64,000 nt of DNA from a virus (taxonomy: Duplodnaviria; Caudoviricetes). Below the pieces are notes generated by a model. That model saw nothing but the letters and a program-made list of their open reading frames with translations. It made no database searches and was not told the DNA's origin. The stretch is taken from the IMG/VR virus record IMGVR_UViG_3300042260_000337. The stretch is one strand, 5' to 3'. This document shows positions 1 through 9,570 of the stretch, in pieces. Both the position numbers and the translations under genes were made by a program. How positions within the stretch are numbered: position 1 is the first letter of the stretch; every line of letters starts with the position of its first letter.

Positions 1-29
1 TATCCTATAAAGTTATTTATCTTTTTTCT

Positions 30-1112
30 TCATTTTAGTGATTTTATGGCGTTTATGAACAGTTTTTTGTCAAAACCCTGTAAATCGGTATCTTTTAGTA
101 GGTCAATCAGTTCATCTAACGATACGTTCATATTATTTATCAATGGTTGAACTGGTATGGAAGGGTTTATCTTTTTCATGAAACCAAGAAACCCAATCCC
201 AAGTGCCACGTTTAGCTTGTTGGAGACTTCATTGCGAATCGCACCAAGCAGAACACTTCTGAACTGGTTTGGATTTATTTGGAATCGCCCACTGTTGCTA
301 CTACCGACATTACGAAGGTCACCGAGTGGTTCGATGTCTGTATCAAGTAATGTCTGTATAGCATTGTCAAGACGTGCTTTCTTCTTTGCAGCTAATCTAT
401 CTTTTGGAGTAGAACTTTTTGTATCAGGAGATTGCTTGGCATAGAAATATGCCGCCGCTTTTTTCTTGTAATGTTCATATTGACGTGGGGTCAGTTTTTT
501 GTAGTTAGAGAAACGACTCATCACGCCATCAACAAAGTCTTTTACGTTTGTAGCTTCTTCATCATGAAGGTGATGAAGAAACGCCGCATCTATTTCAATG
601 GGGTCAGTATGATAGTTGTAGTCATCGGTCTGTTGTTTTCCTACCATCTTATGATAGAATGAACCAAACTGTCTACGTTGCATCACATGGCGAAGTTCAT
701 GAACCAGCGTAGTTTCCACTGGTTTTGATTTCACTTCTGATGTAGACAAGCTACGAGGTTCAGTTTTGAGTATAGCAGGAAGATAAAGAACAATGTCATC
801 CAACTGCGAAGCCTCTTGCGATACAGAATGAGAATACGCACCCTTCAACGTTGCCGATGCTCTATTAGCGAATATCAACGGAACATATTGATGTAGATAA
901 TCACACAGCATATCAAATATGTCGCCATATTCTTTTAGCTGTTCTCTTACTGAATCTGAAATGTCTATTTTCATCCTTGTAACTTCATTTGCATCAATAC
1001 GATACTGAACGTTGCCAAGGATGTCTTTTGCCATCATAGTAAGTGGCGTAAGTATTTTGTAATTTGATTCAATGACCAGCATTGGATCAGATTTGAACTC
1101 ATTAAGTTTCAC
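30..1112 (-). CDS. Hypothetical phage protein with HExxH metallopeptidase-like motif
   Basis: 360 aa ORF; TLVHELRHVMQ followed by DPIEIDA. Confidence 0.55.
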   Translation of the reverse strand: MKLNEFKSDPMLVIESNYKILTPLTMMAKDILGNVQYRIDANEVTRMKIDISDSVREQLKEYGDIFDMLCDYLHQYVPLIFANRASATLKGAYSHSVSQEASQLDDIVLYLPAILKTEPRSLSTSEVKSKPVETTLVHELRHVMQRRQFGSFYHKMVGKQQTDDYNYHTDPIEIDAAFLHHLHDEEATNVKDFVDGVMSRFSNYKKLTPRQYEHYKKKAAAYFYAKQSPDTKSSTPKDRLAAKKKARLDNAIQTLLDTDIEPLGDLRNVGSSNSGRFQINPNQFRSVLLGAIRNEVSNKLNVALGIGFLGFMKKINPSIPVQPLINNMNVSLDELIDLLKDTDLQGFDKKLFINAIKSLK

Positions 1113-1133
1113 ATCTTTTCTCCAATGCTGGTA

Positions 1134-2231
1134 TTATTTGTGCTTCATCCCTGCGAGGCGTTGTAGCCATCCCAAGTCGTCGCGTTCAGACTCGAAAACG
1201 AATGTATTCGCTTTCTTGTTGTTGCGTAGGCGGGTGTAGATTTCACCTACCTTTCCTGGTTTCAAAGTGCCTACGTCAAACATTACGCCGCCGTTTGTAT
1301 CATAAACTTTGGCTCCGTCAGTTGTCTTTATCAAGACACCTTCCTGATTGTATTTAGCACCCAGTTGAAGCATTTTTTGTTTGAAATCTTCATCACTGCC
1401 TTTTGGTGCTATAACAAAAATCGAATCTTCTGCTACATGAACTTCCTGTGGTGTTCCAGCATTTTCAATCCAGTATCCATCCACAAAGAAGAACCCATAA
1501 CCAAGTTTTCTTATGGTTGCAGCAAGTTCTTTGTTACGGCGCACATTTTCTTCTCTGTCATATTCACCACGAAATGCAGTCAATAGTGAAATAGGACGGT
1601 CGGATTCTGCATGTTGCCATACACGACTCAAACTTGCTTCATTTAGTTGCTTGTTACTTTCATCAATCTTGGAGACTACCATTTTGACGAAACGCTTACC
1701 ATTCACATTTTTTGGTGGTTCTACTTCCTCAAACGCAAATGCTCGTCCCTTGATGCGACTTAGAAACTCACCAGCGGCACGTCCAAAACGTGCATTACCA
1801 GTAACTATTTTTTCTCCGCGACCAGGAAAATCCGAGTTATTTGTGCCATATAAAAATGCACCTTCTCCACCCTGTGGAATAATCAGAACCGAATCTTGGT
1901 CATAACGTTGACCCAACATAATAATGTCGTTTACGAACTGTTTTGCGTCTTTGCCATTTGGTGCAACGAAAAACGATTCTTCGCCAACTTCTTTTGCGTT
2001 GTCTGTTCCGAAATCTTCAATGTAGTTTCCTTGGATTTTGGTAACACTATACCCTTTTCCAATCATGTATTGCATCAACTCTTTGTTGCGTTCACGGTTT
2101 CGAGCACGAGTATTTCCACCGCGAAATGCAGTGATTGCCGCAGTGGTTTCCTCTTGTGTTTTATCCCATAGCCGAGACAGGCCACTTTCATTCATATTAT
2201 TGTCCATGAGTGTTTTCCTTATTGACGCCAT
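1134..2231 (-). CDS. Conserved phage protein with two tandem copies of an 'NE-S-LSR..TAFR' domain (possible internal head protein)
   Basis: NESGLSRLW..ITAFRG..RNKEL..GY..G.YIE..EESFFV repeated as NEASLSRVW..LTAFRG..RNKEL..GY..GYWIE..EDSIFV. Confidence 0.6.
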   Translation of the reverse strand: MASIRKTLMDNNMNESGLSRLWDKTQEETTAAITAFRGGNTRARNRERNKELMQYMIGKGYSVTKIQGNYIEDFGTDNAKEVGEESFFVAPNGKDAKQFVNDIIMLGQRYDQDSVLIIPQGGEGAFLYGTNNSDFPGRGEKIVTGNARFGRAAGEFLSRIKGRAFAFEEVEPPKNVNGKRFVKMVVSKIDESNKQLNEASLSRVWQHAESDRPISLLTAFRGEYDREENVRRNKELAATIRKLGYGFFFVDGYWIENAGTPQEVHVAEDSIFVIAPKGSDEDFKQKMLQLGAKYNQEGVLIKTTDGAKVYDTNGGVMFDVGTLKPGKVGEIYTRLRNNKKANTFVFESERDDLGWLQRLAGMKHK

Positions 2232-2266
2232 TTTATTTCATAAGTATTTATCACATAAATAATTCT

Positions 2267-2551
2267 ATGTTTATATATATCATTGGATCATCTGACAAGC
2301 AAAAAATCGGCATAAGTGCAGACGTATCACAACGTCTCAAGTCATTACAAACTGGAAACCCAGAACCACTTATCATTCATCACACTGTGGAAGTCCCCGA
2401 CGATAGGGCATACATTTTAGAGCAGAAGATACACAAAGAACTTTCTTATTTGCGTATGAAAGGTGAATGGTTTCGTATGTCTCCAACTATGGCTAAATCA
2501 CAACTTGATTACGCAATCATTCGTTGGCTTGACGATCCACTTTTAGATTAG
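2267..2551 (+). CDS. GIY-YIG-like nuclease, T5orf172/Mug113 family
   Basis: MFIYIIG..KIGIS..V.QRL..LQTGNP..LEQKIH..L..R.KGEWF. Confidence 0.8.
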   Translation: MFIYIIGSSDKQKIGISADVSQRLKSLQTGNPEPLIIHHTVEVPDDRAYILEQKIHKELSYLRMKGEWFRMSPTMAKSQLDYAIIRWLDDPLLD

Positions 2552-2802
2552 CCGAAATAGAATAGTTCAACCTTAGTTTCCACACGCTGTTGATAAACTT
2601 CAACAGGCGCACGGTCCACTACAATCAAACTTTTATCTTCTAGGTCTTTGAGATATAGTTCAATATAGTCTTTCCCGTCTTCATTTACAATGAGTAGGAA
2701 TGAAGAATATCTATCTTTATGTGATTCTGTGAGTTTGTCAAGTCTGTCAAGCAACATTTTACCAAGAAAATCTGCACGGGCATCAATAACGTTGGATTTC
2801 AT
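2548..2802 (-). CDS. Hypothetical protein
   Basis: 84 aa ORF tiling with neighbours. Confidence 0.55.
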   Translation of the reverse strand: MKSNVIDARADFLGKMLLDRLDKLTESHKDRYSSFLLIVNEDGKDYIELYLKDLEDKSLIVVDRAPVEVYQQRVETKVELFYFG

Positions 2803-2811
2803 TTTTTCACT

Positions 2812-3348
2812 TTATTGGAAGTTGACGAATACAATGCCGTCTTTGATTTGACGTTTTTTGTCTTTGCTTTCTTGGTAGATTTCTTGTAGTTCATAGAATC
2901 TGCATATCAATCCACTCGCTATTTCATAGTCTTTGTTTACGTCAATACTGACCTGAATGCTGTCAACGATAAAGTCAGATTGTTCTTTCAGAGTGTGTTG
3001 AAATATATCAACTTCTTCTTCGGTTGTCAACTCAGAAAGTTCATTTCTAAACTCATGCGCAACTTGCATATCTTGTGGTAGAATACTATCGTGGAAATCT
3101 GCATCAACTCCATGCATCTGAACGAGGTATCTTGCACGTTCAATAGGATTGAGCAATGTATGATACGCTCTGCCAGCAAACGAAAGCCGTTCTCTTGCAA
3201 CAAATGATGTGTCATTAGACAACAATGCAACTACCTTTTTGTAGTGTGCAGTTAGGCTTCTCACGCTAATCGCAAACTTTTCTTCTATGTTGAAGAACTC
3301 AAAGTAGTTTTTTGAGTCGAAGTTGTATGTTTTTTTAGTCCCTGACAT
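2812..3348 (-). CDS. HscB/Hsc20-like co-chaperone lacking the HPD motif
   Basis: NYFEFF..F.IS..L..Y..AY.TLLNPIERARYL..HG and helical C-domain match HscB pattern; HPD position reads LSND. Confidence 0.7.
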   Translation of the reverse strand: MSGTKKTYNFDSKNYFEFFNIEEKFAISVRSLTAHYKKVVALLSNDTSFVARERLSFAGRAYHTLLNPIERARYLVQMHGVDADFHDSILPQDMQVAHEFRNELSELTTEEEVDIFQHTLKEQSDFIVDSIQVSIDVNKDYEIASGLICRFYELQEIYQESKDKKRQIKDGIVFVNFQ

Positions 3349-3400
3349 TTCTTACCTATAATACGTATTTCATATATAATACTTGATTCTTTTTGCAGAG

Positions 3401-3859
3401 TCAAGAGTTTTTCTGCTTTGGTGTGAGATCGTGATATGGACGAAGTTTCGGGTCAGTCTTTAGATTTTCGTTGAACACCAACCCATACCTCCAACCATCA
3501 TCAACCTGTTTCTGTATCCATCGGTTATGCTTTATCATATCCAAGTCTTGGTCGCCTTCGCAGTCTGGCAAATCAAACCGTTCAGTAGTCGTTACTTCCA
3601 TTTCGTAATCGGCATCGGTCCAGTTATTCAATATATCAAGTATTGCCTCTGCCTCTACCTCATCCACGTTACGAGTAAAGTTGAAGTCATATACATGTTT
3701 TCCTTCGCGAGAACGGTATATAACCGCAGTGCCTTCTTTTGTAGGAGAAAAGATATTTGGCAACGATTGCTTGAATATTCCAATCAACCCTCTGACATCG
3801 TGTTTGTCAAGGGGTTCATCAAGTATAACTCGTAAGTAATGTTTGAATGTCGTCGCCAT
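3401..3859 (-). CDS. Protein with C-terminal RyR (ryanodine receptor repeat) domain
   Basis: HNRWIQKQVDDGWRYG..KTDPKLRPYHDL. Confidence 0.7.
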   Translation of the reverse strand: MATTFKHYLRVILDEPLDKHDVRGLIGIFKQSLPNIFSPTKEGTAVIYRSREGKHVYDFNFTRNVDEVEAEAILDILNNWTDADYEMEVTTTERFDLPDCEGDQDLDMIKHNRWIQKQVDDGWRYGLVFNENLKTDPKLRPYHDLTPKQKNS

Positions 3860-3867
3860 ATTATTCC

Positions 3868-4206
3868 TTAGTTATTTCTTGTGTCGCTTACTGTTGAACT
3901 ACTTCCTGTGGCAGTCGTAGTCATAGATATATTTTCAAATGTCGGCATTGCAGTAGTGTGTTGAGTTGGAGTTCCACTGATATACAGTCCGAACCAAGCT
4001 GCCCCAACACCAACTAATACAGAAACCAACCCTGCTTGCTGCGTGTTTGGGTCAGGTAGCAACATAAACCACTGAACCACACTGTATAACAAGTAGATGT
4101 AAACTGATAGAAATATTCTTGGGAATACTCTCCACTTGTCAAAATATTCTGGTGCCAACCAAATAACCATAGCCATTTTAGACCATTTCATGTGCGTCTC
4201 CTTCAA
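3868..4206 (-). CDS. Small membrane protein (holin-like)
   Basis: Two hydrophobic segments (RIFLSVYIYLLYSVVQWF; AGLVSVLVGVGAAWFGLY). Confidence 0.5.
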   Translation of the reverse strand: MKETHMKWSKMAMVIWLAPEYFDKWRVFPRIFLSVYIYLLYSVVQWFMLLPDPNTQQAGLVSVLVGVGAAWFGLYISGTPTQHTTAMPTFENISMTTTATGSSSTVSDTRNN

Positions 4207-4227
4207 TCTCTCTGAATGTATTTATCT

Positions 4228-4259
4228 AAAAAGAAAGGGGAGCCTTTCGGCCCCCCTCC
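4228..4259 (-). terminator. Rho-independent terminator
   Basis: GGGGGGCC-GAAA-GGCTCCCC-TTTCTTTTT after the 1039-aa gene. Confidence 0.8.
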
Positions 4260-4283
4260 CGTATTAGTCAAACTTAGCGACTA

Positions 4284-7200
4284 TTATAGCTGAACGTATT
4301 CAACTGTAACTGTTGCTGCGCCTGCTGTTGCTGCTGAAACTAGAGAGATTGTCGCACCACCAGCGGTTGCTGTTGCGAATGGTAGTTCTGCAACGTATGT
4401 GCCAACTACATCTTCTTCAATTTCTGCTGCTGTCATTAGAGTATTGGTGCCATCAGAAATTGACACTGTTGCGTCATATGCTGATGTAACTTTTACTGTA
4501 ATGCGTGAAACGTAGTAGGTGTGTCCTGCAACGTTTACGATTGTGCCGATTGCTTCTGATGTTCCAACTGCTTTACGAACTACGAATGAGTTCTTGTCTG
4601 CAACTGCTGCATCTGTGTATGCTTCTGTTGCGTATGCGTTGGTTGTTAGGTAAGCAGCTACACGACCGTCTGTGTAGTATAGGTTGGTTGAACCTTCTGC
4701 TAGTGCATCAGTTGTGTGGTTTGAGATGTCTGAAACTGTTCCAGTTACGTCACCAGTTAGGTTACCAGTTACGTTACCAGTTAGGTTACCGATAAATGCG
4801 CCAGCAACGAATGTATCAGTGCCAACAGTCCAACGATCTGCTGATTCATCCCATAGTAGAGACACGTTTGCGTCTGAACCGCGCTCAACCTCGATACCAG
4901 CATTTTGTGATGCTGCACCAGTTGCGTTTGAGTTTAGAACGATTGTGTTGTCTGCTAGAGCGATAGTCTCAGTGTTTACAGTTGTGGTTGTTCCGTTGAC
5001 AACTAGGTTACCAGTGATAGTAACTGTGTTTGCTGTAATGTCGTCGGAGTTTAGAACACCAGATACAGTAACATCGTTGAATGTTACGTCTGAGGTTGTT
5101 TCAACTGCTTGACCGATAGAAACAACACCAGTTGAAGAAACTGCAACGCCTGTTCCAGCGGTGATTGATAGCGCAGTGTAGTTTGTGCCATCATTTGTTA
5201 CTTCCCACTGATCAGTTGTTTCATTCCACTTGATTTCAACGTCTGCTGATGTGCCACGTTCAACGCGGATGATTGCGTTTTCGGTTGGTGCGCCAGTTAC
5301 GTCTGAGTTTAGAATGATGTTTGCTTCTGCGTTGATATCGCCAGCAACGGTTAGAGAACCATTGACGTTTACGTTATCAATGTTTACCCACTTTGTGCCA
5401 TCCCACGCGATGATTTGGTTTGTAGCCACACTTGTGATTTCAACATCATCTAGACCGTCTAGTGTTAGACCTGTGATGCCTGAAGTTAGGTTTAGAGTTC
5501 CAACAGTAACGGTGTCTGCGGTTACGTTTGCTGCGTAAACATTGTTCCAAGATTTAGCAGCAGTACCTAGATCGTATGTGCCTGTAACGTCTGGAATGAA
5601 GTCTGATGCTACGTCAGCATTGAACTCAACATAGTCTGTATCCGCATCACCTACGATTAGGTTGCCTGATAGTGACATGTTGTTGCCGTTGATGTTTGCT
5701 GAGAATGTTGCATCGCCAGCAACAGTTAGTGAACCACCAACTGATAGGTCGCCTGAAACAGTTGCGTTACCAGTGGTTGATAGGTTACCAGCTAGTGATG
5801 CTGAGTCGCCGTTAACTGTTAGTGAGCCACCAACAACTGCGTCACCATTTTGACGAACTTCAAATAGCTTCTGTGCGTCTGATGATACAACTTCAAATAC
5901 GTTTACAATGTTTGAACCCGCTGCCTTTGTTGCGTCTGATTCTACAGTTACTAGCTGTGATAGAACTGTATTACCAGTTACACTTAGGTCGCCAGTCATT
6001 GTCATGGTGTCGCCTGAGATGTTTGCTAGGAATGTAGCATCGCCAGCAACGTTGATTGTGCCGTCGATTGAAACGTTACCAGTGAAGGTTGAAGTTCCGT
6101 TGCCTGAAACGGTTAGAACGCCACCAACTGATAGGTTTCCGCCAATTACTGCATCACCAACTGTTTCGATTGCTGATAGATCGCCACCTGAAACATATGC
6201 GTCAACACGTGCATCTGTGTAGTATAGGTTTGTGCCTTCTGCTAGGTCAGTAGTTGACTTTGTTGCTAGACGTGTATCGAACATTGATTCGCCACGTGCA
6301 ACTGTCCAGTATAGGTTTGTACCTTCTACAACGTCTGTTGTTGAGAACTCAGTGAAGTCTAGTGCAACTTCGCCGTTGGTTATTGAAACGCCCTTGCCAC
6401 CTGTGAAGTGAGCACGAACTTCTGCTGCTGATGGACCTGTGTAAGTGATTACGCCAGTTGTTGAGTTGTATGATAGAGCACCATCACCACCATTATCAGT
6501 CACAGAGATTGATGCACGAGCACGAGCCTGTGTGAAGAATAGGTTGGTTGTTCCTTCGGTGATTTCATCAGTGTTGTCTTTAGCTTGAACTGATGTATCA
6601 ATGTATGAACGTAGTGTTGAATCTAGTGTTGAGATTTCACCGTCAGTATAGGTGTTTGCATCTGCTAGTGCTTTTGCAATTGAACCCGCTACTTCTGCGC
6701 CACCTTCAATAATGTCTAGACGTGCATCTAGTGCATTGTCTGCTGCTAGACGTGTTGCTGCTTCTGAGTCGATGTTGTCCTGTAGAACGCCATCTGCTGC
6801 AATACGTGCTGATTCTTCTGAGTCGATGTTTGACTGTAGAGTTGCATCGTTGTTGAAACGAGTGGTTGCTTCTGAGTCGATGTTGTCCTGTAGAACGCCA
6901 TCTGCTGCTAGACGTGTTGCTGCTTCTGAATCGATGTTGCCCTGTAGGACACCTTCTGCTGCTAGAGCACGTGCTTCTTCTGCATCAATTGCGTCTTGTA
7001 GATCAGAATCGCCAGCAATACGTGCTAGTTCTTCTACTTTTAGTGCTGCATCTAGCTTGTTGTCGGCATCTTTTAGTGATACTGCTGCTGAGATGTAGTT
7101 TGCAGTGCCATTAGCGGTGTAGCCGCCGTCTGTGCCTAGACCAGCGCCAACCTGAGTTGCGTCTAGTTCTGCTTGAACTGCTGCTGCGTCAGATGATGAC

Positions 7201-7403
7201 TTTGAGTCAACATATGCTTTTGATGCAGCATCGTTAGCATTTAGTGGGGTGGTAGCAACGCGGATGTTGTCTAGTGTTGAACCGTCAGCCTGTGTTACTT
7301 TGAATACTGAGTTACCAGCATCATAAACAACACGGCCACCAGCCTTACCAAACTGAACGTCAGCGGAAATACCTGATAGACCGAAATTCTTAATATTAGC
7401 CAT
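4284..7403 (-). CDS. Long tail-fibre-like virion protein with coiled-coil and beta repeats
   Basis: 1039 aa Ala/Gly/Thr/Asp rich; 18-aa repeats, TDLAEGTNLYYT repeats, GNLT/GNVT repeats. Confidence 0.7.
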   Translation of the reverse strand: MANIKNFGLSGISADVQFGKAGGRVVYDAGNSVFKVTQADGSTLDNIRVATTPLNANDAASKAYVDSKSSSDAAAVQAELDATQVGAGLGTDGGYTANGTANYISAAVSLKDADNKLDAALKVEELARIAGDSDLQDAIDAEEARALAAEGVLQGNIDSEAATRLAADGVLQDNIDSEATTRFNNDATLQSNIDSEESARIAADGVLQDNIDSEAATRLAADNALDARLDIIEGGAEVAGSIAKALADANTYTDGEISTLDSTLRSYIDTSVQAKDNTDEITEGTTNLFFTQARARASISVTDNGGDGALSYNSTTGVITYTGPSAAEVRAHFTGGKGVSITNGEVALDFTEFSTTDVVEGTNLYWTVARGESMFDTRLATKSTTDLAEGTNLYYTDARVDAYVSGGDLSAIETVGDAVIGGNLSVGGVLTVSGNGTSTFTGNVSIDGTINVAGDATFLANISGDTMTMTGDLSVTGNTVLSQLVTVESDATKAAGSNIVNVFEVVSSDAQKLFEVRQNGDAVVGGSLTVNGDSASLAGNLSTTGNATVSGDLSVGGSLTVAGDATFSANINGNNMSLSGNLIVGDADTDYVEFNADVASDFIPDVTGTYDLGTAAKSWNNVYAANVTADTVTVGTLNLTSGITGLTLDGLDDVEITSVATNQIIAWDGTKWVNIDNVNVNGSLTVAGDINAEANIILNSDVTGAPTENAIIRVERGTSADVEIKWNETTDQWEVTNDGTNYTALSITAGTGVAVSSTGVVSIGQAVETTSDVTFNDVTVSGVLNSDDITANTVTITGNLVVNGTTTTVNTETIALADNTIVLNSNATGAASQNAGIEVERGSDANVSLLWDESADRWTVGTDTFVAGAFIGNLTGNVTGNLTGDVTGTVSDISNHTTDALAEGSTNLYYTDGRVAAYLTTNAYATEAYTDAAVADKNSFVVRKAVGTSEAIGTIVNVAGHTYYVSRITVKVTSAYDATVSISDGTNTLMTAAEIEEDVVGTYVAELPFATATAGGATISLVSAATAGAATVTVEYVQL
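6742..6975 (-). repeat. ~4 imperfect 54-nt (18-aa) tandem repeats, EAATRLAADGVLQDNIDS type
   Basis: gcttctgagtcgatgttgtcctgtagaacgccatct recurs with 54-nt period. Confidence 0.8.
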
Positions 7404-7562
7404 TATTATGTCTCCTTAAAAGCTATAATGGATGAAAAAAGGAAATCTGAATACCAGATTTCCCTTTTTTACTCTGGGATAAACTCGTCAGAGTATGTAA
7501 AGATCGTCTCCTCTCCTTACATATGTATTTATTAAACGCTCAAAAAATATAATATTCCGATA

Positions 7563-9560
7563 TTATACATAAGTTACTGTTATTTTTATTTCGCCATTTG
7601 TTGAGCCATTATGTGCCAATGTGGCAATAATGTTTACTTCTTCTTCGCCTTCGTAATGGAAATCTGGAGTCAAGTTATACGAACCAACATTTTCAAGGTC
7701 AATCAGAGCATCACTGACTAGTTCAGAAATATTTCCATCTACACCAATATTTAGCGTAGGAACGTCAGAATAGCCAGTAAATGGGGTAATAACTTCAACC
7801 AACACACTGACAACACGAGAGTGCGGACTAATACGGCCCATTTCAATAACTTCAATGTTGCCTTCAACCTGTGATGGCATTACATAAATATGGTGTAAAC
7901 TATTTGCATCTGTTGCCGCACTATCTTGTGTTGCTACCACAACCCATGCCGAGCCATTCCAAATGTAAAGACCCCATTCACCTTGTCCTGCATCTAATAC
8001 ATATGCTTGGTCGCCAACAAGAACATTATACAATGCATCTCTTGCTACAAGGTCGGCCACGACTGTAATGCCAGCTTTGCGAATACCCTGTTCAATGTCC
8101 ATTCCGATTGGATACGAACCATTATGTCCAGAAACAATACCAAAATCTTCACAAGGAGTTCCAGTAACATTGCTTACAATTATTTCACCACCGTCTGCTC
8201 TTGTTAGAAGTAATGATTTTGCGGTTGATGCATCATAATAAGTTGCTAATCCAGATATAGAACTCGTGCCAGCAAATGGATGGTTATTTGTGTCATTTGT
8301 TAGGTCTACTATAGTGATCGAACCCCCCTGTGTTTCTGTGATATATAGTTTGCCCCCTGATGCTCTTGCTGAAATGTTTGGAATATTTGCTGCAATAATA
8401 TCAGCAACCATGTCTTCTGCAATCGCAACAGTTTGTGAATATTCAGATTGACCAGCCGTTGTGGTAGTAAAGTTAACAGTTACACCATTTATAGATGCAG
8501 AGAATGGAGGGTATCCACCAACCAATCCGTAAATTGCGGATGATATGTCGGACACTGCTTCTGTCAGTGCAGTGGCATTACTTGCAGTTACTTTGTGTTC
8601 TGATGTATATGCATTTATATTATTGACCGCACTTGAAATAGAAGGGCCAGTGAATGTTATTTCTGTTCCATTCAAATTAATTTTATTTCCAGAAGTCGTA
8701 GTAGCATTCAACACTGAACCACGAACTGTGCTTGGAACTGCATTTTTTATATTGAGAAACACCGCCGCCCCAGTAGGGTTTGTAGTAAGGTCACCAGAAC
8801 CATCAATTGATGCATAAACAAAATCACCAGCATTTCCTGGTAATGATGGAGAGAAGTCAATAGTGCCATTCATTGGACGTATCATAAACTTGTTTGGGCC
8901 AGGACCGATATGTGTAATGGTTCCGATTAGTTTGTCAAGATTTGAACTGGACGAAACTTCATAATCACCTTCGTCTGACATGCCGATAACATCACCAACT
9001 TCAAAATTGTGATTTTCTTTTTCAAGAACAAAGTGAGCACGTGGGTTTAGATATTTAAAACGTGAGTTTACGTTTGCATAGAAATCGCTTGAAACAATAC
9101 CAAGTGGCAGTGGGTCAATCATTGGGTCGCCAAATTCATTCAGTTCAAAAATCACTGCTTGACCAGGAACGGTGAATATACCGATACCAGATGCGTTTCT
9201 GAAAGTATTATATCGTAGAACGTCTTCAACCACACAAACCACCGATGTTGATGTTTTTTCTGTGATGCTTATAATTTGTAGTGCTTTGCCATCCGTTGCA
9301 CCAGCAATAAAGTCCCCGACCAATACATCAAATCCATCATATTTGAACGGAGTTCTAGTAAGGTGAGAACCATGTGATATTGGGGTTAGTGTCAAGGTAA
9401 GTTCCCAACGATATGGCTTTGGATTTGCACCGCCGCCCCACCATTTATCACCCATACCATCATCGTATATCCAGTATTCTTTCATTGTCATGTTGGTAAC
9501 AGTTGCGGGCAACACCTTCGCTGGAACGTTCAAATCAATTGCACTTGTTTTCATTGTCAT
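7563..9560 (-). CDS. Virion structural protein (tail/baseplate-associated, inferred)
   Basis: 665 aa, in late cluster, beta-rich composition. Confidence 0.55.
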   Translation of the reverse strand: MTMKTSAIDLNVPAKVLPATVTNMTMKEYWIYDDGMGDKWWGGGANPKPYRWELTLTLTPISHGSHLTRTPFKYDGFDVLVGDFIAGATDGKALQIISITEKTSTSVVCVVEDVLRYNTFRNASGIGIFTVPGQAVIFELNEFGDPMIDPLPLGIVSSDFYANVNSRFKYLNPRAHFVLEKENHNFEVGDVIGMSDEGDYEVSSSSNLDKLIGTITHIGPGPNKFMIRPMNGTIDFSPSLPGNAGDFVYASIDGSGDLTTNPTGAAVFLNIKNAVPSTVRGSVLNATTTSGNKINLNGTEITFTGPSISSAVNNINAYTSEHKVTASNATALTEAVSDISSAIYGLVGGYPPFSASINGVTVNFTTTTAGQSEYSQTVAIAEDMVADIIAANIPNISARASGGKLYITETQGGSITIVDLTNDTNNHPFAGTSSISGLATYYDASTAKSLLLTRADGGEIIVSNVTGTPCEDFGIVSGHNGSYPIGMDIEQGIRKAGITVVADLVARDALYNVLVGDQAYVLDAGQGEWGLYIWNGSAWVVVATQDSAATDANSLHHIYVMPSQVEGNIEVIEMGRISPHSRVVSVLVEVITPFTGYSDVPTLNIGVDGNISELVSDALIDLENVGSYNLTPDFHYEGEEEVNIIATLAHNGSTNGEIKITVTYV

Positions 9561-9570
9561 CTTTTTATCC

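Noticed and set aside
4505-7114. Several plus-strand ORFs within the fibre gene
   Set aside because: Antisense frames kept open by biased Ala/Thr/Asp codon usage
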